DNA of 64,000 nucleotides from a virus. Made by a program: the position numbers and the translations under genes. The DNA is taken from positions 119,931 through 183,930 of IMG/VR virus record IMGVR_UViG_3300033183_000299, one strand, 5' to 3'. Positions 57,146 through 64,000 of this stretch are shown here, one piece after another (position 1 is the first letter of the stretch; each line of letters opens with the position of its first letter). The notes beneath the pieces are model-generated. The model was given only the letters and a program-made list of their open reading frames with translations, had not been told where the DNA came from and searched no databases.

Positions 57146-59069
57146 TTAATAGCTCCTCAAATTCTTTTGAGTTTTCTGGGAAGAAATTTAGTCCAAACTT
57201 CTCTTCGATCAAACTCTTTAACAGTGTTTGTCCACCAAATTGAGTATATGAATCGTCGTTATGCCAAACCTTAGAGGTTTCGTTGAATCCCAGACTGTAC
57301 CCTGCTTTGGACAAATCTAAGCTAAATTTTACATCTTCGGACACTCCACCTACTTGATCTTCGCGAATAAAACAATTGTCATCCCAACGAATAAAGTTGA
57401 ATATTTCACGTCGCACCATTATAAATCCTGAGGTTTGATAAAGGCTTTTGTCATACTGTGGATGGTCATAATCTACTATTTTGTGCGGGTTCAATGTTGC
57501 CCTGTCCCAATGACGCGTCCCATCCGGATTTAACAATTTATTGCCTAAAACATTCCAACCGGCTTGCCTAGAAAATGATAGTGTGTTGGTTAACCAATCT
57601 TTTCCTAACAAAATGTCATCATCCAGCCAAGCAATTGTATCGTATTTAGAAGCATCTCCTCCGGCATTACGAAGAGTTGCAACTTTACGAGAATGTGCTT
57701 CTTCAGCTTTGTCTACCAAAGTTACACCATCAATGTCTCTAAAGTTCTCAACGTCTCCAGCAATGATAATTTCATGAGGAAAATCGCCAAGCTCTCTCTT
57801 AATCGATTTAATGGTTAACCTTGTTTTCTCAGGCTTAGCTCCATTTGTGGGGATACAAAATGAAATCGCATCAATTTCAACTGGTTTTAAATTTGATTTT
57901 CCCAAGATAGAATTACAAAATCTTTCATAAAGCCTCTCTGTTCTAAATTGACTCTGAACTAACTCTTGCAATTCAAGCGCTTGGCTTTTATAATCATCCC
58001 ACCGCTCATAAACCATTTGAAGAGCCATCTTATATGAGCCCTCTTCGGCGTATGCCCATTGAGCATTTTCTTCAATCACCCCTTTCCAGACAGCATTTTG
58101 ACCAACGGTATCTAAAACATAGCTAACAGCAGCAAAATAATTTTTGTTGTTGTGTCTCAAGAAGTCCATTTGACCAGACCATGGAATTGTAACGATCGGC
58201 AATGCAGCTCGAGCAGCTTCGAACAATGGAAGGCCAAAACCTTCTCCATGAGCAATGTTAACCAAAGCCTTCACCTTATCATGTTCATAAAGGGCTCTCA
58301 TTTGCCCCTCAGAGAGATCTCCATGAAGAAGTGATACAGAACACTTGCGATTAGGATACTTGCTTAGAATGTTCCCTAAGCGGCTCTCAGTGGCCTCTAA
58401 ATCAATGCGAGAACTACCCTTGATGCAAGTCTTAACGATCATCCCAACTTCTTTGTCTTCAAACTTCTCAACAAACCAACGAACGGTGTTCTCGAAGTTC
58501 TTTCGTGGGCCGAATTGTGACACAACCAAAAAGTTGAAATCATGTCGAGGATTGAATCCTGGTATTTCTTCAACTTCGGAAGCTAGTGGGGTTGTTTCAT
58601 GAACGACTTCAATTGGAGTCTGCAATCGATATTGCTCTCCACTTTGTAGGGTAACGTGAGTTTTCTCGTAGGTTGACTTTGCATGATCTGATACGACAAG
58701 AATCTTGTCCATCTCGTTGCCTTTCTCAAGCCAGATGGGAGATACTCGATCTGTTTCAATCCCTGCTGTAAATGCAACATTAATTGGGCACATCTTTTTG
58801 AATTCATTTGGAATCGTAATTTGCAAAGAGATATCTGGTTGCAATTTCTTCTGCTGCAATAAAACTTGTGTTTCTCCGATACGAGCATCTAGCCAATCTC
58901 GTTCCTCATCAGTTTTCCAGATCCATCCAGATTTCCCCCAAGGAATTGGTTGAACATAGATGTCGAACAGATCTTCGCGAGACCTCAATGCTCGGAGAGC
59001 AAAGCGAGACTGTTCTCCATAGCCAGTAGCACTCAACACAGGTGCTCTTACAAAAATTTTCTTTTTCAT
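57138..59069 (-). CDS. Fused GT4-like + GT2-like glycosyltransferase
   Basis: RKN and GEGFGLPLFEA (GT-B), then ISFCIPT...RN.G...WLDDD...SED (GT-A). Confidence 0.85.
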   Translation of the reverse strand: MKKKIFVRAPVLSATGYGEQSRFALRALRSREDLFDIYVQPIPWGKSGWIWKTDEERDWLDARIGETQVLLQQKKLQPDISLQITIPNEFKKMCPINVAFTAGIETDRVSPIWLEKGNEMDKILVVSDHAKSTYEKTHVTLQSGEQYRLQTPIEVVHETTPLASEVEEIPGFNPRHDFNFLVVSQFGPRKNFENTVRWFVEKFEDKEVGMIVKTCIKGSSRIDLEATESRLGNILSKYPNRKCSVSLLHGDLSEGQMRALYEHDKVKALVNIAHGEGFGLPLFEAARAALPIVTIPWSGQMDFLRHNNKNYFAAVSYVLDTVGQNAVWKGVIEENAQWAYAEEGSYKMALQMVYERWDDYKSQALELQELVQSQFRTERLYERFCNSILGKSNLKPVEIDAISFCIPTNGAKPEKTRLTIKSIKRELGDFPHEIIIAGDVENFRDIDGVTLVDKAEEAHSRKVATLRNAGGDASKYDTIAWLDDDILLGKDWLTNTLSFSRQAGWNVLGNKLLNPDGTRHWDRATLNPHKIVDYDHPQYDKSLYQTSGFIMVRREIFNFIRWDDNCFIREDQVGGVSEDVKFSLDLSKAGYSLGFNETSKVWHNDDSYTQFGGQTLLKSLIEEKFGLNFFPENSKEFEELLNE

Positions 59070-59369
59070 TTATTCTCCGATTAGTGCTAATTCTAATGAT
59101 GAGAAGATTTGCTCCTCTCCTTTAATCAAGACCTTATACATCGTAAAGCCTTGGAGGTCCCTATCGACCTCCTCAACAATCAAGCCAATATCTCTTTGAG
59201 ATGTTTCAGCTAAATCCCCAACTCGTACTTGCTCTATCATTTGTAAGTGCCTAGGATGTACGTTATATGTTATTGGAGATTTAAGCTCGTCTTTAACAAT
59301 CATATTGAGATAGCCTGAGTCTGCATAAACAGACATCTTTCCATTAGGAAGGTAGAGATCTTGACTCAT
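59070..59369 (-). CDS. Hypothetical protein with SH3/KOW-like C-terminal half
   Basis: Start by ATGA overlap at 59369; VGDLAE...IGLIVE...YKVL. Confidence 0.6.
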   Translation of the reverse strand: MSQDLYLPNGKMSVYADSGYLNMIVKDELKSPITYNVHPRHLQMIEQVRVGDLAETSQRDIGLIVEEVDRDLQGFTMYKVLIKGEEQIFSSLELALIGE

Positions 59370-60631
59370 GCGACTTCCTTGAAAGTGATGCTGCTGTAAC
59401 CTTTCCTTGTCTCCCAAGAACCATGCTCTTCATGAACCTTAAGCATAAGATTGACCCATCTTTTGGAAAAACTTTCAAAGTTGTAGTTTTGCTTGACATG
59501 TTGTGCTCCTTTTAATCCTAAGTCATGGCGATCCTCTCGAGACAATGCATACATTTTGTCGAGAGCGTTAAATAATTGTTCTTTTGAAATTCTATCTTCG
59601 TAGATATATGGGACCTGTTGTGATCCAATAATTGCTTTTGATGTGGGGTAAATGGGGATACCAAACGGGCCATCAATTCCCATGATTTGCTCTTGCAAAC
59701 CACCAGTCATATTGACGATGATTGGTGTTGCACAAGACAAAGATTCCAATGTCGCCAAGCCAAAACCCTCAGCGTCAGCAATATTAATTGTACAGTCTGC
59801 AGATGTATAAAGCAATGGTAGTGTATTCAGGGACAGTTTCTTTGTCGAGAACACAATTTCACGATTCGTCATGTCTAAGTGAGATGCAATCTTATTAAGG
59901 TCTTGACCATGTGGGTCAAATGGGTTAGTGTGCATAATCAACTGTGCTTTGTCGTTTAGACCTCTTTTGTCCAACCATTCTTTCCACCACCACAATAAAG
60001 ATCCAGATTGCTTTCGTCGTGCATTTCTATTGTTCCAAAATACAATGAACTTATCTTGATCGATCTCTGGGATGATACGGCTTCTAATTTCTAACTTTTC
60101 TTCTAGGGTCACTGGTTTGAACATTGTTGCATCTACAGCATGGGGAAGATATGTTGCCGGGACATCCGGTGCAACACCTTTTACACATTCGTGGGTAATT
60201 TTTGAAATTGTAGCAATATGATCATTTGATTCATAAAACTTCTTATTGAACATTGGAAGTGGCTTGTTATCCCAAACATGATAATAGACCATTGGAAGAA
60301 GTGGTCGAATTTCATTCTCCATTTCCCACAACCATTCATAGAAACGAGGATCAGTCATGAACCATAAAATATCTGGTTTCTCATTTCTGATTACTGAACG
60401 GATCATCTCTTGAGTACCATAGCCATCAACTGGGATTACTTTCCAGTCTTCGCCATATGGGTCAATGAGGCGAGGAGTGTAATCTTGGTGTTTCACAGCT
60501 CCACCTAAAGATAAGACTTGGAATTTTCCACTTTTTAATAGAGCTTCCATAACATACTTTGTTTGAGTACCAACTCCAGATGGAGACAAGGGATGGTCGC
60601 TCAAAGTTAAAACTTTAATTTTCTTAGACAT
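59366..60631 (-). CDS. GT4-like glycosyltransferase
   Basis: SDHPLSPSGVG, NNRNARRK, AEGFGLATLES, TGGLQEQ; start MSKKIK at 60631. Confidence 0.88.
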   Translation of the reverse strand: MSKKIKVLTLSDHPLSPSGVGTQTKYVMEALLKSGKFQVLSLGGAVKHQDYTPRLIDPYGEDWKVIPVDGYGTQEMIRSVIRNEKPDILWFMTDPRFYEWLWEMENEIRPLLPMVYYHVWDNKPLPMFNKKFYESNDHIATISKITHECVKGVAPDVPATYLPHAVDATMFKPVTLEEKLEIRSRIIPEIDQDKFIVFWNNRNARRKQSGSLLWWWKEWLDKRGLNDKAQLIMHTNPFDPHGQDLNKIASHLDMTNREIVFSTKKLSLNTLPLLYTSADCTINIADAEGFGLATLESLSCATPIIVNMTGGLQEQIMGIDGPFGIPIYPTSKAIIGSQQVPYIYEDRISKEQLFNALDKMYALSREDRHDLGLKGAQHVKQNYNFESFSKRWVNLMLKVHEEHGSWETRKGYSSITFKEVA

Positions 60632-60658
60632 TGCGTATCCTTTTGAATTTTTCGAGGC

Positions 60659-60712
60659 AAAAAAAAACAACCTCATCATTAAACCTATTATATCACAGGT
60701 TGATGAGGTTGT
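60659..60712 (-). terminator. Terminator hairpin superimposed on a promoter
   Basis: 12-bp perfect inverted repeat ACAACCTCATCA/TGATGAGGTTGT followed by T8. Confidence 0.7.
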
Positions 60713-60715
60713 CAA
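60687..60715 (-). promoter_or_regulatory. sigma70-type promoter for the glycosylation operon
   Basis: TTGACA-N17(..TGa)-TATAAT. Confidence 0.85.
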
Positions 60716-60733
60716 GTAATTTTTATAAAAAAA

Positions 60734-61333
60734 TTAATTTTTTTGATTTCTTATTTCTTCGCGAAGATTTTGAAGCAAAACTCCGAGAGCATTTTTGCCC
60801 TTTCCGCTTCTACCAGATCCCCAATAGTTGCAGTACTTAATCTGTACGAGAGGCAAATCTCCGGTTGATAGAAGCATCTTTTTAAGCGTTGGATCTTTAA
60901 ACTTCTCTCTAAGTCCAGTCATCATAATTTCATCTTTTACTTCTTCCCAGTCAGGTCTTAGCTTACATCTTTGACCCACGCTCCAAGAATCAATTGGCGA
61001 ACATTCTTTGATTTCCTTCTTCACTCTTTCCCAGTCATCAGTCCCGTAGGCTTTCATCGCTTGGAAGTAACCTTCTGTGTGAGGCCACCATTCACCGTCA
61101 ATTTCAAAACCTTTTTCATCATATTGGAATGTTGCATGGACATTTGCAAACTCAGGAGCCCAAGCAAAGACCCCATAGTTCCTTTCGCTAGCCTCAATCA
61201 TCTCCAAAGAGTACCCCAGCTTTCTTGAGATGTCTTTGTAAGAGTGCCATCCCTTCTCTATTTTCATAATTTTATCTTGCCACAAGAACTCATGGTCTTT
61301 TCGTAAGTATAATTTTGTTTCATTGATTTTCAT
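60734..61333 (-). CDS. NADAR (YbiA-like) family protein
   Basis: IDGEWWPHTEGYFQAMK, LRPDWEEVK..IM...KF, LLSTG, YWG..G.GKNALGVLL..LR. Confidence 0.9.
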   Translation of the reverse strand: MKINETKLYLRKDHEFLWQDKIMKIEKGWHSYKDISRKLGYSLEMIEASERNYGVFAWAPEFANVHATFQYDEKGFEIDGEWWPHTEGYFQAMKAYGTDDWERVKKEIKECSPIDSWSVGQRCKLRPDWEEVKDEIMMTGLREKFKDPTLKKMLLSTGDLPLVQIKYCNYWGSGRSGKGKNALGVLLQNLREEIRNQKN

Positions 61334-61341
61334 AATTTCTC

Positions 61342-62118
61342 CTATCGTTTACAATGTTCTGTGTTATTAAATGGGCAATTCGCACACGAATTGCGATTCT
61401 TAACTGTTATGCCCTTGTTTATTAAGTTACATGCGTCAGTTAAGACTTTGGTCGCATTAGCAACTTTACGAGCGCCCGATGTGACTCGAAAGATTTCAAC
61501 GTTATCTTTCTTTGCTGTTCTCTTTAGTAATCCAAAATATGTCTCAACCATTTTAGGATCAATGTTGTGTTTCTCACAGAAAAACTTTTTATAAAGAGTT
61601 AGTTGGTAAGTCGTCATCTTATCTGATTTTCGTTGAACGTCCCAGCCCCAAGAACAGGACTTCCAGTCAATGATGTGATACTTACCATCAGGTGTCTTCA
61701 CAACAAGGTCAATGAAGCCTTTGAGATTCCAATCAAAGTCAAGCTCCGTAATAAGCTCGTAGAGGTCTTCTTCCGAAGAGTATACCTCATACCCTGGGAA
61801 TAGCTCTTGGAGGGCAGGAAAGACCTTGTGGATGATCTCTCGGCTTTGTTTGCGCATCTCCACGATCAATTTGTTCTCAGGCTTCTCGTCAAGTTGCTTA
61901 AGCTCTTCAAGAAATACCAAGTCAAAGTGCTCAGCAAAATCTTCGTCTGGAAGATTGCCGAGAGCAGATTGTTCACATACGCTGTGAATAGCTGTTCCGA
62001 ATGCTGTGTAAATGTTTCCGGTAAAACCTTTGAGACCGTCAAGGTATTGGAGCTTCCACTTGTATGGGCACTCAGTAAAGATTTTTAATTCCGAATAAGA
62101 AATGTGTTGTTTTGTCAT
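61342..62118 (-). CDS. PD-(D/E)XK exonuclease, Cas4/AddB-like with four Cys
   Basis: ISYS....CP, GTAIH, GFIDL, IIDWKS, QL..Y, CANCP.....C. Confidence 0.85.
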   Translation of the reverse strand: MTKQHISYSELKIFTECPYKWKLQYLDGLKGFTGNIYTAFGTAIHSVCEQSALGNLPDEDFAEHFDLVFLEELKQLDEKPENKLIVEMRKQSREIIHKVFPALQELFPGYEVYSSEEDLYELITELDFDWNLKGFIDLVVKTPDGKYHIIDWKSCSWGWDVQRKSDKMTTYQLTLYKKFFCEKHNIDPKMVETYFGLLKRTAKKDNVEIFRVTSGARKVANATKVLTDACNLINKGITVKNRNSCANCPFNNTEHCKR

Positions 62119-62136
62119 ATGTCCTCCGTTTTACTT

Positions 62137-62165
62137 AATGTAACACGTTGAGAACAGTTTGTCAA
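62137..62165 (-). promoter_or_regulatory. sigma70-type promoter
   Basis: TTGACA-N17(..CGTGT)-TACATT. Confidence 0.85.
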
Positions 62166-62836
62166 GTATTTTCTTTAAGTTCTTTCACTAGCATCGCCAT
62201 AGTCTTGTAAAGTACGGGACACATTTGCTTTAAGTCATCTCGATTTCCAATAAACAACTCTTCAAATCCCTTTGCCCAATACTCACTTATCGAAGTAGCA
62301 GCATACCCAGAAGGAAAGATGTTAACGCAAATCTGATTAAGTGCGTCATATCCGACGTCACGGAAAAGGAAGTCATCAATGGCCCGATCATACTCGAAGT
62401 CAATATTAAAAGTATCAGGTACTTTATATTTCTGCGAAAGCAAATCGGACAGACGCTTTCGCTTTGCGATGAACTCTCTTTGCAATGCTCCCGATCCATA
62501 GATAAACTCCTGATTGTAGTGTTCAACCGCATGTGATATTTCATGGACAATGTCTTCAATCATATCCATCTCATCATCTTGTTCGTTTGTAATGTAGATG
62601 GCATCATTTTCATAATAGGCATTGATGTCTCTTTCCTTCATCTCGGGAAATTGACCGACATATATCATCTCAACATTTCTTGTTAAGTGAAATGGTATCC
62701 TTGCATTGATGTAGTTAAAGACAAACTCAACATCGACGTTTTCAGGTAAAGCATCCTTGATTACGACGGACACATTATTTAACCTAAATTCATCTTTCAT
62801 TTTTTTAGATCTTCGTATAGATTCGTGGATCCACAT
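62162..62836 (-). CDS. Putative Zn metallopeptidase (HExxH)
   Basis: VHEISH and downstream YA....EYWA.GFE. Confidence 0.7.
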   Translation of the reverse strand: MWIHESIRRSKKMKDEFRLNNVSVVIKDALPENVDVEFVFNYINARIPFHLTRNVEMIYVGQFPEMKERDINAYYENDAIYITNEQDDEMDMIEDIVHEISHAVEHYNQEFIYGSGALQREFIAKRKRLSDLLSQKYKVPDTFNIDFEYDRAIDDFLFRDVGYDALNQICVNIFPSGYAATSISEYWAKGFEELFIGNRDDLKQMCPVLYKTMAMLVKELKENT

Positions 62837-62842
62837 ATTACC

Positions 62843-64000
62843 TCACAATAACTTTGATGCTTCAGTTGCTAATTTTGATCTCTCACCTTTTTTGAAGGTG
62901 ATGTGACCAGAGAGGGCTGACTCTTTAAATTTCTCAACCGCATACGTCAAACCATTTGATGTCTCGTTTGTGTATACATTATCGATCTGTTCAATGTCTC
63001 CTGTAAGAACGATCTTTGTGTTCTCACCAACGCGAGTAAGGATTGTCTTCACCTCATGTGCTGTAAGGTTTTGAGCTTCGTCAATGATAACATAAGCATT
63101 TGAAATTGAGCGGCCACGGATGTAAGTGATTGCGTCGATCTCAATAACGCCTTTCTCGAGATAAACATCAAGCATTGTGCGATCAGATCCCATAATGAAC
63201 TGCATGTTGTCGAAGATAGGCTTCATCCAAGGAGCCATCTTTTCTTCCATTGTTCCGGGAAGGAAGCCGATGTCCTTACCCAATGGTTGTACGGGTCTCG
63301 AAACAATGATGCGATTGTAACGTCCATTCTCAAGCCCTAGAACTTGTTCTAAGCCAGCCGCCATGGCCATAAGGGTCTTACCACTCCCAGCACGTCCAAT
63401 AAGGCTTACAAAGGGGATGTCGTCGTCCATGAGCAAGTCAAAGCCGCACTTCTGCTCCTTGTTTCTCGGAGAAACTCCCCATGAGAATGTATCGTCACGA
63501 TACACAAGAGGTTTGACTGGGGCATTCCAATTTACAAAGCGTCCGATTGCCGTCTTCTTTTCATTCTCAACTGAGACAAGCATCACGTATTGGTTTGGAT
63601 ACAAGATGATGTCTTGCTCTGCTGCATCTTCTTCATAAAGCCATACAGGTTGCTTGTCGTAGAACTCGTCAATCATTGCGTCATCGATCAAGAACTTCGA
63701 GAACCCTTCAAAGATAACATCTCGAGAAGATACAACTTGAGAAGAGACATAGTCTTCCGTGAGTAGTCCGAGAGCGTCAGCAATAACTCTCATGTTAACA
63801 TCTTGAGACACAACGATGGTCTTGCGTTTTGGATGCTCTTCGGCAATCGCGAGAGCAGCGGCAAGAATGAGGTTATCCGATGACTTATGAGAAAGACCTT
63901 GAGGAAGGGCCTCAACGGCTCCCTCGGCGGCTTTTACAAATCGAAGCACTCCTAACCCTTTGCCTAAGCGAACGCCCTTTGAGAGGCTTCCAGAGGCTCG
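62843..64000 (-). CDS. phoH: PIN-PhoH family ATPase (5' end outside the window)
   Basis: SDNLIL...VSQDVNMR (PIN), GRAGSGKT, IGFLPG, RGRS, IIDEAQN, TGDIEQID; frame open to 64000. Confidence 0.92.
   Translation of the reverse strand, partial: RASGSLSKGVRLGKGLGVLRFVKAAEGAVEALPQGLSHKSSDNLILAAALAIAEEHPKRKTIVVSQDVNMRVIADALGLLTEDYVSSQVVSSRDVIFEGFSKFLIDDAMIDEFYDKQPVWLYEEDAAEQDIILYPNQYVMLVSVENEKKTAIGRFVNWNAPVKPLVYRDDTFSWGVSPRNKEQKCGFDLLMDDDIPFVSLIGRAGSGKTLMAMAAGLEQVLGLENGRYNRIIVSRPVQPLGKDIGFLPGTMEEKMAPWMKPIFDNMQFIMGSDRTMLDVYLEKGVIEIDAITYIRGRSISNAYVIIDEAQNLTAHEVKTILTRVGENTKIVLTGDIEQIDNVYTNETSNGLTYAVEKFKESALSGHITFKKGERSKLATEASKLL

Noticed and set aside
60632-60715. Extended N-termini given by the ORF track (also 12146-12196, 7105-7143, 14061-14087)
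   Set aside because: These extensions run through promoter sequences; downstream ATGs with SD-like motifs are better starts.
61342-62118. Cas4-like gene as a sign of a CRISPR system
   Set aside because: No repeat-spacer array or other cas genes seen in the window; solo Cas4-like exonucleases are common in phages.
1-64000. Alternative genetic code
   Set aside because: Standard code gives dense, full-length genes ending in TAA, TAG and TGA; the breaks in sbcD and primase involve inserted genes, not in-frame stops.

Overview
The window is part of a large tailed dsDNA phage genome (myovirus-like, distant T4-superfamily or jumbo type). Essentially all credible genes are on the minus strand. In coordinate order it holds: the 5' part of a gp17-like large terminase; a probable lysis trio; an Mre11-Rad50 (SbcD-SbcC) gene broken in two by an HNH endonuclease; small accessory genes (lipoprotein, Smr); tRNA-Ala(UGC) with an adjacent HNH gene; a Pol-beta-type nucleotidyltransferase; a DnaG-like primase whose 5' end is duplicated around an RHH + GIY-YIG cassette; a HIGH-motif nucleotidyltransferase; RuvC; a ~33 kb baseplate/tail module (gp7-, gp6-, gp25-like, spike, amidase); a gp55-like sigma factor; a ~9.5 kb fucose-centred glycosylation and modification operon; NADAR; a Cas4/AddB-like nuclease; and PIN-PhoH. 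Two promoter classes can be read from the sequence: TTGACA-N17-TAnnnT (sigma70 type) and a candidate late motif ACTAnTTA. The two most striking observations are apparent intron- and intein-free ways for homing endonucleases to sit inside essential genes. One is a split Mre11-Rad50 whose halves carry new oppositely charged terminal peptides (a possible docking pair). The other is a cassette that supplies a replacement promoter and N-terminus for primase. All family calls come from motif recognition by eye; no searches were run.
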